Positions 51,206 to 59,718 of a stretch of 64,000 nucleotides of DNA are shown in pieces. Where the stretch lies: the IMG/VR virus record IMGVR_UViG_3300037249_001405, positions 1 through 64,000 of that record; one strand, 5' to 3'. Position 1 is the first letter of the stretch. Every line of letters begins with the position of its first letter. The DNA is from a virus. Lineage: Duplodnaviria; Caudoviricetes. The position numbers were made by a program, and so were the translations under genes. The notes beneath the pieces are model-generated. The model was given only the letters and a program-made list of their open reading frames with translations. It ran no database searches and was not told where the DNA came from.

Positions 51206-51781
51206 TTAATAAGATGTCTGAGAATTATTGTTTTTGTTATTCCGAGTAAGTCCATAAGTAATTCCACCAATAGCAGCTAATCCACCTGCAACACCCAAAC
51301 CTATTTTAGCATTTCTCGAGAGAAAAGGCTTATTTCCGGTATTTACGTGTGGTTGTGGTTTATTTCCTGTATTTACTGGAGGTTTATTTCCTGTATTTAC
51401 TGGAGGTTTATTTCCTGTATTTACTGGAGGTTTATTTCCTGTATTTACTGGAGGTTTATTTCCTGTATTTGTTGTTGTCGTAGAGGTTACGCCAGGTTGT
51501 TGCTGTATGGGTTGCTGTATAGGTTTTTGTATTGGCTTAGCACTAGTAAAGTAATCATCCCCAACTAAACCTTTTCTTTTTGCATAATTCAGTCTTTGTT
51601 GTACTTCTGGGTCAGCCATAATTTGTTCAACAGTGGCTTCGCCTCTTTCTATTTTACCCCTATGGTATTCTAGTTCTTTCTTTATTTTCTCGTTTCTGGA
51701 TTCTGCTGAAAATAGTCTAATTACATAATCAATACCATCTTCAAACCCGGAACAATAAACTTTTTGTTTATAAAAAATCAT
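51206..51781 (-). CDS. Cargo protein with NTGNKPPV repeats and C-terminal TM
   Basis: MIFYKQKVYCSGFEDGIDYVIRLFS leader/linker. Confidence 0.6.
   Translation of the reverse strand: MIFYKQKVYCSGFEDGIDYVIRLFSAESRNEKIKKELEYHRGKIERGEATVEQIMADPEVQQRLNYAKRKGLVGDDYFTSAKPIQKPIQQPIQQQPGVTSTTTTNTGNKPPVNTGNKPPVNTGNKPPVNTGNKPPVNTGNKPQPHVNTGNKPFLSRNAKIGLGVAGGLAAIGGITYGLTRNNKNNNSQTSY
51357..51470. repeat. 24-bp tandem repeat (4 full copies + 1 partial)
   Basis: GGTTTATTTCCTGTATTTACTGGA at 51357, 51381, 51405, 51429, partial at 51453; degenerate copy near 51327. Confidence 0.95.
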
Positions 51782-51784
51782 CTT

Positions 51785-52624
51785 TTACTTATTTTTCTTG
51801 ATTAAATTTACGATTCTTCTCGTATATTTATCCTCCATGTTTATTTTATCTGGATGTTTTTCAAGTAACTCTTTGTAATAATCTATATTATTCTTTTTAA
51901 CTGCCCCGAAAGGAAATTCCAGCTTAAGGTATTCTGAAGGTATATCTTTAAAAACTCTGATTTCATCCAAAGAATCCATTGTTTTATTAGTATTGTACCG
52001 TCTAACGTATTCATCATTAGGTAAATCTATTTTCCACCTAACGACACTACTACTTCTTTTCCCCGGATTATTAAAACTTGAGTTAACCCCGGTATCACCA
52101 TCAATATACTTAAACTGTTGTCTGGCACGATCCATTTGCTCATGTGGCTTAGATATATTAAGTAATTCGTTTTTAATATCATCCTTACTACCTAAGTAAG
52201 TACTTACGCTACCCCCAACACGATCTTTGCGGTCGGTATTTCCTTTTAAGATACCTTTTTCAAGGATACTATCTACAGTAGTTATTGGTTCGTATCTATG
52301 TAGAGTAACTACGTCAGGAAGTCCTTCTGGAGATTTAAAATTCAGATGATTTTTATGAAGTCCGTATTTAGGTCTAATACCACCATTAACTCCATACATC
52401 TCTGGGTGCCTCCTTCTATACTCCTCTCCATTTTTATAGTTTTTTAAGAATCTACTATTAGGATCTAGTTTTTCAGCTAAATCTAAGACCCTTTTAGGAG
52501 TCTCAACCCCCTCTATGTCTGATATTATCTTATAGATATTATTTTTTTCCCCTAATTTATCTAGGATGGCACTTCTTACTCTTCTTGAATGTATTCCAAA
52601 TAACTTTGTTCTTAACAGTTTCAT
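51785..52624 (-). CDS. Putative ADP-ribosyltransferase-fold cargo protein
   Basis: MKLLRTKLFG leader; LHRYEPITTVDSILEKGI...VSTYL...EIRVFKDIPSEYL resembles the Tpt1/DarT-like ART pattern. Confidence 0.45.
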   Translation of the reverse strand: MKLLRTKLFGIHSRRVRSAILDKLGEKNNIYKIISDIEGVETPKRVLDLAEKLDPNSRFLKNYKNGEEYRRRHPEMYGVNGGIRPKYGLHKNHLNFKSPEGLPDVVTLHRYEPITTVDSILEKGILKGNTDRKDRVGGSVSTYLGSKDDIKNELLNISKPHEQMDRARQQFKYIDGDTGVNSSFNNPGKRSSSVVRWKIDLPNDEYVRRYNTNKTMDSLDEIRVFKDIPSEYLKLEFPFGAVKKNNIDYYKELLEKHPDKINMEDKYTRRIVNLIKKNK

Positions 52625-52936
52625 TTAATTAACTACATTTCTTAATAATTCATCTAATCTATTTTTAGGTATAAGTTGAAGAATCGTACCCTCTTGAAAT
52701 CCATCTAAAGATTTTCTACTCTGAACTATAACTAAACCCATATAACTTTCATCACCATAGAACCTTTTAGCAATAAGATCAGGACGACATTCACTTGTCT
52801 GGATTAAATATGGGATTTTTTCAAGCTTCGGATCTAAAATCATTGAAAGGAATTTAGAGTTATATATATCAAACCCCTCAACATAATTACCTAAATTTTC
52901 TATTTTTGAGATAAGTCTCTGTGGTTTTGTATACAT
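52625..52936 (-). CDS. Baseplate wedge LysM-like protein (gp53-like)
   Basis: RPDLIAKRFYGDESY...GTILQLIP signature. Confidence 0.7.
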   Translation of the reverse strand: MYTKPQRLISKIENLGNYVEGFDIYNSKFLSMILDPKLEKIPYLIQTSECRPDLIAKRFYGDESYMGLVIVQSRKSLDGFQEGTILQLIPKNRLDELLRNVVN

Positions 52937-52938
52937 GA

Positions 52939-54834
52939 TTAAAATATATTTTCAACCATTGATTGGAATCTCTTTTGTGTATCCTCAAATGCACTGTGAG
53001 TAACTTTATCTAAGGCTTGTTTAGCCTTTTCAAAATTACCTCCAACACCACCTTCTAAGTACTCAGAATATTTTTGTAAGCAAGAAAATACGGCGCCACA
53101 AACAGCATCAAATAAATCTTTTGTACCAGGTTGTTCACCAGTAACATTTTTATAATCAAATTCAGTACAACTAGAAATCAACGGGTGATCTAATTTAACA
53201 TGTGAATTCGTCTTACCGTTTGTAACTATACGTATTTCAGAACATTCCCTCATTAATATATTACAATAAGGAAGTTCTATTCTCTCTGTATTGACAATAT
53301 TTTTAAATGCTACACCAGCATCCATTGTTTTATCAATAGAAATCGATTTATATTCTATACCATCTCTTTCACAAGATTGAAATATACCAGAAGATGCAAA
53401 AGAGTCTGCGCTGAAAGTTACATAATAACCTTCATTGATGAGATCTTTTAAAAACTGATATAAATGATCCAGTGATGTAGATTGTCCTTTCTTTCTTGAT
53501 ACTACAAATAATAGAGGTACTTTAAAAGTTGGATACTGAGCTGTTCCAGTTGGATCTGAAACTTCTCCTGAGTAATAACACAAGCAGACTCCTGTTTTAT
53601 CTTTCTGTAAACCAATATCGTAATGAACAAACAGATTAGTTCTTTTTGGAACTTTATACAACATTGTTCTTACGTGATCTATAATTCTATCTGACTTGTC
53701 ATAGAAGTCCACAATGACTTCTTCTGGTGCATAATTACGAATCTTAGAACAATTCATTAGATGACTAAGATCACCATTGAAGAATAAAGATGCACCAGTA
53801 TATGGGATACCTGCTAAATCCTGTAAACTTCTAACTGGATTTGCTAGAAAGTGGTGTTTAGCTGAAATAGGAACCTTAACTATTCTATCTAAATCTATAC
53901 CGGACTTTATAGGATCCTCACCAGGATTCATACATCTTGGGACTTGTTTTGAATCCCCTATGAAAAAATCAAATGTTTTTCCCTCACTCTCAGCATAAAG
54001 TTCTGGTCTAACTTCCCACTGACTTGGGTGTATACAAAATAATTCTTTTTGTGGTACAATTTCTTCAAATCTTTGGCTTGCACCGTGATCCGCATCCTTT
54101 GCACTGGAGTCTGCAACAACCCCACCAAAATTAAATCGTTTGTTCTTGAAACGAGATTCATAACGAGTTAGAACCTCATCCATTTTCTCCTTAGCATCTT
54201 GAACCTTCCAGAAACCAATCTCAGAAAGCACACAATAAATCAATTGAGTACCGATAACTGATCCTGTTGATTTAGGTCCAGATGCAATCATTCTTATAGG
54301 AGGTTTATTATACTGTTGCCTGAAATAAGGACTTGTATCAAATACAAATTTATAAAACTGAACAAAATCCCTATAGGCTGTTTCAGAACTAGCATGGAAG
54401 AAACCAAAAGCTAATTTAGTACCACCAGCTAATCCAACACTATGAAACACATTTTGACAACAATCCAACCTATGAAAATGATATAACCCAATCATTTTTG
54501 ATTGATAAGATTTACCAGTACCAATAGCACCTGAAAAAGAAATAAATGGAGTACGAGTTATAACAGGATTTGGAAAAATAACTTTAAATTTATCTAACCA
54601 ATAAGCAAATATTTGCTTACCATGATTTGTTATTGTATCACACCCTAAATAATACTCATCAAATAAAAACTGCTCCATTGTTACAGGTATATGATTCATA
54701 CCTAATAACTTACAAGCTATTTGTAATTTTTCTTTTTCAGATAATTTTTTGTATTGGGCTTCTAGAGATACTGCATTGGGGTCAAAAGGAGTTGTAGGAT
54801 CTGATTGGTTTATAAAATTTGTATTCTCTGCCAT
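52939..54834 (-). CDS. terL: Terminase large subunit
   Basis: Walker A GAIGTGKS, Walker B-like YCVLSE, nuclease motifs VHYDIG, SADSF, KLDHP, KDLFDAVCG. Confidence 0.85.
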   Translation of the reverse strand: MAENTNFINQSDPTTPFDPNAVSLEAQYKKLSEKEKLQIACKLLGMNHIPVTMEQFLFDEYYLGCDTITNHGKQIFAYWLDKFKVIFPNPVITRTPFISFSGAIGTGKSYQSKMIGLYHFHRLDCCQNVFHSVGLAGGTKLAFGFFHASSETAYRDFVQFYKFVFDTSPYFRQQYNKPPIRMIASGPKSTGSVIGTQLIYCVLSEIGFWKVQDAKEKMDEVLTRYESRFKNKRFNFGGVVADSSAKDADHGASQRFEEIVPQKELFCIHPSQWEVRPELYAESEGKTFDFFIGDSKQVPRCMNPGEDPIKSGIDLDRIVKVPISAKHHFLANPVRSLQDLAGIPYTGASLFFNGDLSHLMNCSKIRNYAPEEVIVDFYDKSDRIIDHVRTMLYKVPKRTNLFVHYDIGLQKDKTGVCLCYYSGEVSDPTGTAQYPTFKVPLLFVVSRKKGQSTSLDHLYQFLKDLINEGYYVTFSADSFASSGIFQSCERDGIEYKSISIDKTMDAGVAFKNIVNTERIELPYCNILMRECSEIRIVTNGKTNSHVKLDHPLISSCTEFDYKNVTGEQPGTKDLFDAVCGAVFSCLQKYSEYLEGGVGGNFEKAKQALDKVTHSAFEDTQKRFQSMVENIF

Positions 54835-54848
54835 ATTACGTTAATTTT

Positions 54849-55307
54849 TTAATACAAATATCCTTTACCTATAAATGATGCAGCTCTTTGTTGTAGAGCT
54901 GGGGCTGATGGGTTATTTCCTCCTCTAGAGGGAAATTCACTTTTGACGGTTGTATTAGTCATTTGTCCCCCACCATTCTTAAATGATTTATAGAATTTGT
55001 CTAACTCCCCTGGGGAAGTTCTATTTACTTCATTCCTAGCGTATTGAAAACTCTCTTCCATATCCTTTGGAAGTTTACCACCCTTTTTCATGTATCGTCT
55101 AAATATTTCTTCTTTATCACCAGATCCTGCCCAAGAATAAGCAGATCTATGCTTAGAAGCTATTCTCAACATTTTTTCTATAGTAGGGTGTGTATACATT
55201 TTTTCAACAGCATAATTCATACCGTCGCTAAATCCGGTTGCAGCAATATCATTTCGGTAGTCAAATTCAGTATATGTCTTTCTTTTTAATGTGAATGTAC
55301 TTGCCAT
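54849..55307 (-). CDS. Putative cargo protein
   Basis: LKRKTYT leader and GFSDGMNYAVEKMYT linker. Confidence 0.55.
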   Translation of the reverse strand: MASTFTLKRKTYTEFDYRNDIAATGFSDGMNYAVEKMYTHPTIEKMLRIASKHRSAYSWAGSGDKEEIFRRYMKKGGKLPKDMEESFQYARNEVNRTSPGELDKFYKSFKNGGGQMTNTTVKSEFPSRGGNNPSAPALQQRAASFIGKGYLY

Positions 55308-55308
55308 T

Positions 55309-55509
55309 TTACTCGTTACTTCTTAGCGGGTTAAATTCTGTATAATTCCTTTGGGTTGTATCATTACTACCATCCTCTACGCCAGTTGTGAATGTTTTCT
55401 GACGTTCGCCGCTTACCTTAGGCGCAGTTGGTATTTTATTTCCATTTGGATTAACAATGTTTGATTGACCACCCATCATTAGATCCATTATATTAAATCT
55501 TGTTCCCAT
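55309..55509 (-). CDS. Small hypothetical protein
   Basis: 66 aa, tightly coupled to neighbours, internal QKTFT. Confidence 0.5.
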   Translation of the reverse strand: MGTRFNIMDLMMGGQSNIVNPNGNKIPTAPKVSGERQKTFTTGVEDGSNDTTQRNYTEFNPLRSNE

Positions 55510-55533
55510 AATTTTATTACTTAAAATAATTTA

Positions 55534-55917
55534 TTATTTCTTTTCTATTTTAACTAAATATATAAATCTGTTTATTGTGGATAGGAAATCATCAATTATA
55601 TTAATTGATCCAGACCACATTAAACTATCACCTATTTCTCTTTTATAAGATATAACTAATCCTCTGATCCCCTCTAATACATCCGAGAATGTTGATTCTT
55701 CCGGTAGAGTTGGATTAAGGGTTCCTATTTCAAAAAAGCCAACAAAAGGAACTGCATTCTCTACAACAGCATCCTCAAATTCACCTAACTCATCTTGAAA
55801 TTCATCAATGAGCTTGTGAATAGAAATAGGACCTGTATTCCAGTGTAATTCCTTTAATCTTGTTTGAAAACCCTCTATTTTATTTATTAATTCTATAACT
55901 TTTCCTAAATTAACCAT
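55534..55917 (-). CDS. Dps/ferritin-like protein
   Basis: LKELHWN....IHKLIDEF...FEDAVVE four-helix ferroxidase-like pattern. Confidence 0.65.
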   Translation of the reverse strand: MVNLGKVIELINKIEGFQTRLKELHWNTGPISIHKLIDEFQDELGEFEDAVVENAVPFVGFFEIGTLNPTLPEESTFSDVLEGIRGLVISYKREIGDSLMWSGSINIIDDFLSTINRFIYLVKIEKK

Positions 55918-56014
55918 AGTTTTTGCTATTTTAATTAATTAACTATTCTGAAATTAGAGTATTGTCGTTAAATTGCCTCTATTTCTAGCTTTTATGTTTT
56001 CTACGGGCGTAATT

Positions 56015-56034
56015 GCTTGAAACTCTTATATATG
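56015..56034 (+). promoter_or_regulatory. Putative promoter for the large ncRNA candidate
   Basis: GCTTGAAACTCTTATATATG matches the motif at 7087, 56531, 58043 and 58872. Confidence 0.5.
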
Positions 56035-56071
56035 AACACAATAAAAAATAAAAAATAAAAAATCATAAAAA

Positions 56072-56526
56072 AAGAGGAACAGGATTTCCTTTAAGGTAGT
56101 AGTAGCCTACCTGTTCTTCTTAATTACTACAAAATTACCCACGGCTTGCGCAGTAGAGGAGTGATGCCCTCTTGCAAAAGAGTTAATGTCAGTGGAAAGA
56201 CGGAAAGTGGTTAAGGGAACTTAGTGTTAAGAGTTCGCCTTGTAAAATGAAAAAAGCGGTTACATGAAATGATATATGGTAGTCGCAAATTAACACTTCG
56301 GATATGACGTAAAGTCAACGGCTTTGTGATTCTTTCAAAGGGATACTGTAATTACCTTTGTGGAAGAGCTTAGCCCTGAATCCGAAATGGCTGGCAGCTT
56401 TCTATGGAAGTGCATCAGCGCTACGAAACGACCTCCCTTGAGCAAGGACTTACAGGATCGTTTCTTGAAGGGCGTATACTTCCCCACCAATGTTGAATTC
56501 ACCTCAACATTGGTGGTTTTTTTTTT
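56072..56526 (+). ncRNA. Large structured ncRNA candidate (multi-pseudoknot), family unknown
   Basis: No long ORF, visibly more GC-rich than flanks, bounded by a putative promoter and a strong terminator; many helices and loop-distal complementarities. Confidence 0.6.
56484..56526 (+). terminator. Rho-independent terminator
   Basis: 13-bp stem CCACCAATGTTGA/TCAACATTGGTGG + T10. Confidence 0.85.
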
Positions 56527-56530
56527 GCTC

Positions 56531-56623
56531 CCTTAAAAATCTAAATATGGAAGAGAATATAATAATAACTTATATTTTCTTCATTTTATTTTTCTAGATT
56601 TATTAACTAATTAAATATTTATT
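56531..56623 (+). promoter_or_regulatory. Promoter-hairpin leader cassette, copy 2
   Basis: CCTTAAAAATCTAAATATGG, GAAGAGAATATAA hairpin, TTTATTTTTCTAGATT at 56585. Confidence 0.6.
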
Positions 56624-57253
56624 ATGGGCATATTAAAGGTTTCAATCCCATATGAAGAAAAGTTGGAGTGGTACAACACTTTGACTTTTCAGGATTTAAT
56701 AGACCTTGTTTTAAAGGACACTATTGTATCCATTAAATGGGCTACTCTTAGCCCTGACTGGGGAATTGATTCTCGTGGTGTTAGTAGTAGCAGAAAAGAG
56801 GAGAATCAATATTGGAAGTTTTCCGAAAAGACTTACAGGAATATTCGTCTCAAGAATATGACTGAAGTCAAGCCAGAAACTTTACTTAAAGATGTAAAGA
56901 TGACTGGAAATTATTACTCATCCTGTGATTATTGGGTACACAATTTTCCAAAGTTGAGTATTAATAAAATTAAACAATGTGAAAGCAAGAGAGATCTTTG
57001 CAAAGCGTTTTTTAGAATATTAAGGCCATTTCTCTATTTTCGGATCTCTGATTATGATTATTGGAACATAATCAAAGTAATTAGTAGAGATCCAAATGCC
57101 TATAGCAAGGATAAAAGTTCCGAAATCGATTCAATAGAATCAGAACTTTGGGAACTTAAAAAAGAATACGAATCCAAACGTAAAAAATTAGAAAAAAGAT
57201 TGGATTCTGCTAAGATTTATAATAATATTTATGAATATATAAAAAACGATTAA
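56624..57253 (+). CDS. Hypothetical protein
   Basis: 209-aa ORF behind the leader cassette. Confidence 0.65.
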   Translation: MGILKVSIPYEEKLEWYNTLTFQDLIDLVLKDTIVSIKWATLSPDWGIDSRGVSSSRKEENQYWKFSEKTYRNIRLKNMTEVKPETLLKDVKMTGNYYSSCDYWVHNFPKLSINKIKQCESKRDLCKAFFRILRPFLYFRISDYDYWNIIKVISRDPNAYSKDKSSEIDSIESELWELKKEYESKRKKLEKRLDSAKIYNNIYEYIKND

Positions 57254-57255
57254 GA

Positions 57256-57975
57256 ATGACATATTTTATTATCGGTGTTATTGAGTGTAATACTAGGTAT
57301 ACATTCAATAAGTACAGTATGATGATGGTTGGAATGGCTAATAGCGAAGATGAATTGCTGGATTCCATTAAGACCATGATTAATGAAGACTTAGCGAATA
57401 CGAGCAAAAACATCCTCGTTAACTATATACATTACGAAGAAAATGGGAAAAAATTTCTTCGTATTGAGGATGCTAGTAGACCTAGATATGACTATATTAT
57501 TATTGAATACGGTCACACAGACGGTGAACCAGAAATAGAAACCAGAACTTATCCAGAAGGAAAGGTTTCTATTAAAAAGTATATACTTGAAGGAAAAACC
57601 ATCGGCTTTACAGCCACGAAAGATGATAATACTATATATACTAATATGACTATGCCTAGTGGTAGCTCATATTCTTCGGATCCTTACGATAGAAGAAAAT
57701 TAGACGGAATAAGTGATGAAAAAATTGATTACTTATTACGAAATAAATTACTTTGGGATGAAGGGAACTATAAGGGTCTTCTTCTCCTGGAGTTTGAATA
57801 TAAAGATAAACCAACTAATCAAGGACGCAATCGAATGGGTTGTCTTGAGAGTTGGTACGACCCAACTTTCTCTATTACTCAAACGTTTACGAAAGAGGAA
57901 ATAGAGAAAATGACTGAAAAAGAGGTAAATGATCTGTGGAAGTTAGCTGGAGCTATTGCCGAAGGACTTTATTAG
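57256..57975 (+). CDS. Hypothetical protein
   Basis: 239-aa ORF coupled to the previous gene, followed by a terminator. Confidence 0.65.
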   Translation: MTYFIIGVIECNTRYTFNKYSMMMVGMANSEDELLDSIKTMINEDLANTSKNILVNYIHYEENGKKFLRIEDASRPRYDYIIIEYGHTDGEPEIETRTYPEGKVSIKKYILEGKTIGFTATKDDNTIYTNMTMPSGSSYSSDPYDRRKLDGISDEKIDYLLRNKLLWDEGNYKGLLLLEFEYKDKPTNQGRNRMGCLESWYDPTFSITQTFTKEEIEKMTEKEVNDLWKLAGAIAEGLY

Positions 57976-57995
57976 GTCATTTACAAAAAATATAT

Positions 57996-58030
57996 AAAAA
58001 TAACCGGATTAAATATCCGGTTATTTTTCT
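57996..58030 (+). terminator. Terminator
   Basis: AAAAATAACCGGAT-TAAAT-ATCCGGTTATTTTT. Confidence 0.75.
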
Positions 58031-58065
58031 TTCTTATTATCTCCTAAAAGCCTTATATATGGATA

Positions 58066-58290
58066 AATGGAGTTACTGTGTTTCGGTAACTATATCTAAT
58101 CGACATACGGAAGGTCCACAAGCGGAGTTGGTTAGACGAAATCTAGTTCCATTCTAGCATCGTTTGGGCGATGTAAAAATACTTGTGACTTATAGCCGTG
58201 AATAGCGTGTACTAACAGCTATTCATTGTCAGGGGTTGTTGTTAGCCCCGTAGGAATACATAACTAGCTGTAAGGATAAGCCCAAAGCGG
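58066..58290 (+). ncRNA. Structured RNA / 5' leader with pseudoknots (candidate)
   Basis: Putative promoter at 58043-58061; about six helices and two loop-distal pairings. Confidence 0.55.
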
Positions 58291-58363
58291 AAAGATAAAG
58301 GAAAAGAAAGAAGAGTAATAATATACTCTTTCAAGTTAACAAACAATTAAATTAATACATAAT

Positions 58364-58522
58364 ATGGCAGAGAAAATAATTGTTGCCATCAGTGGTGCTA
58401 TTGCTAGCACCGCGGTTGGCAAATTGCTGAAAACCGCACTCGTGGAGTATATGGAACTTCGCAAGTGCGAAAAGATTGCTGATGCCGCTCGAGCAATCGA
58501 GAGAGGCAGCAATCAGCAATAA
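58364..58522 (+). CDS. 52-aa small protein (not in ORF track)
   Basis: MAEKIIVAISGAIASTAVGKLLKTALVEYMELRKCEKIADAARAIERGSNQQ; AT-rich leader; hairpin at about 58530-58561 after the stop. Confidence 0.6.
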   Translation: MAEKIIVAISGAIASTAVGKLLKTALVEYMELRKCEKIADAARAIERGSNQQ

Positions 58523-58597
58523 AAAACTTGAAAGAGGTGCATGTAAAAACCTACCTCTTTCTTTTGAGACACACTTATACTGAAACGTCGTAAGTGT

Positions 58598-58707
58598 GAG
58601 CTACACTATTTATTTTGACTAAAACTGTAGTCTAGTCAGCTAAATACTTATACTAGGCCTGAAGAGACCTAACAAGGTTGAAACAGTTTAAAATAAATAG
58701 TGTACTC
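58598..58707 (+). ncRNA. Hammerhead ribozyme, type III
   Basis: Stem III AAACUG/CAGUUU; cleavage triplet GUA 58627-58629; stem I GUCUAGU/ACUAGGC; core CUGAAGA 58659-58665; stem II GACC/GGUU; GAAA 58680-58683; outer 15-bp helix 58602-58616/58690-58704. Confidence 0.85.
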
Positions 58708-58825
58708 AAGATACACGCGACGTTTATATTTTCAAGATTAACAAATAACAACATACATATTTTTTAGTTTTAGTTGAGATAGTAAGATTTCAACTAAAGT
58801 TTGGGATTTAACTATCCAACTTACA

Positions 58826-58862
58826 TCAGTGAACAGCGGGATTCACTGAGCTATTTTTTTTT
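58826..58862 (+). terminator. Terminator
   Basis: TCAGTGAA...TTCACTGA stem followed by a T-run. Confidence 0.6.
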
Positions 58863-58871
58863 GCTCCTATT

Positions 58872-58966
58872 CCTTTAAACTCTTAATATTGAAGAGAATA
58901 TAGACAGTTAAGTTTCTATTCCCTTCTTTATTTTTCTAGATTATTAACTTTTAATTAAATATTATT
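58872..58966 (+). promoter_or_regulatory. Promoter-hairpin leader cassette, copy 3
   Basis: CCTTTAAACTCTTAATATTG, GAAGAGAATA hairpin, TTTATTTTTCTAGATT at 58927. Confidence 0.6.
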
Positions 58967-59596
58967 ATGGCATATCAACAACCCGAACGTGACCGTTGCC
59001 TTGAACCCCGCAGGCGTATCATGGCTATGGCTGGAGCTGGTGTGGCGGCTGAAGAGACCGATATCGAGCTCTTTGGATTTGATGGTTCTATCATAGGAAC
59101 TGTCAAACCGTATGAAACTAATGATCCTAGGAAAAAGATCATTAATGATTACTTAATTGAGTATTCAAGTAAATTGCTGAATAAGTTCGGCGATGAATTG
59201 AATAATCAAAGCCCAGCTGATAGCACTGCTACTGCAATGGTTGATGCAATGCTCGCAGCTAGAATACCGATTATGGCAGAAAAATTTTGCGAATCGGTTA
59301 ATACTGATTATGAACATATACCCACAGAGGAGTATATTCGTAGACCAGATATTGAAGTATTATTTGAGGAGTATGTAAAATTGACAGAAGCATTATCATC
59401 AGATAATACACCAGAAAAAGAAAAAATTGGGTTGAGAAAATTCAAAACCCAATTAATGTATAAGCTTGATAAAGAAATCCATGAATTTCTTAAAATTGCT
59501 TATTCTAAAGACGTTTTCCAAGAAGCCAAGCGGCTTCTTGGACAAGCGATTAAGCAATCTATTGAGGTTGCTACCGAAAAAGCTGATAATAATTAA
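58967..59596 (+). CDS. Hypothetical protein
   Basis: 209-aa helical ORF behind the leader cassette; terminator-like hairpin at about 59608-59655. Confidence 0.65.
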   Translation: MAYQQPERDRCLEPRRRIMAMAGAGVAAEETDIELFGFDGSIIGTVKPYETNDPRKKIINDYLIEYSSKLLNKFGDELNNQSPADSTATAMVDAMLAARIPIMAEKFCESVNTDYEHIPTEEYIRRPDIEVLFEEYVKLTEALSSDNTPEKEKIGLRKFKTQLMYKLDKEIHEFLKIAYSKDVFQEAKRLLGQAIKQSIEVATEKADNN

Positions 59597-59718
59597 TTAT
59601 TAGCTTGAAAAACACATATCGATATTTTTTATAATTCGATATGTGTTTTTTTTTTATTCAATTTTCAACATTTAAAAATCTCATAATTGATTGAATATTA
59701 ACTAATAAATTATAATAT

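Noticed and set aside
51327-51470. CRISPR array
   Set aside because: Repeats are head-to-tail without spacers and encode an in-frame peptide repeat.
56150-56460. Lysine riboswitch or RNase P RNA (GUAGAGG...GCGCUAC; GGACUUACAG)
   Set aside because: Only short word matches. The lysine aptamer spacing and the RNase P GAGGAAAGUCC/P4 pairing are not present.
56270-56490. tmRNA (UAGUCGCAAA resume-like context; CCACCA near the 3' end)
   Set aside because: The putative tag frame stops after two codons, there is no tRNA-like acceptor/T-arm or GGGG 5' end, and CCACCA is part of the terminator stem.
58095-58136. Twister ribozyme (GGUCCACAAGC resembles loop L4)
   Set aside because: The required P4 stem and both pseudoknot partners are not in the right positions.
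55918-58966. tRNA genes in the non-coding stretches
   Set aside because: No cloverleaf with a GTTCRA T-loop was found by eye.
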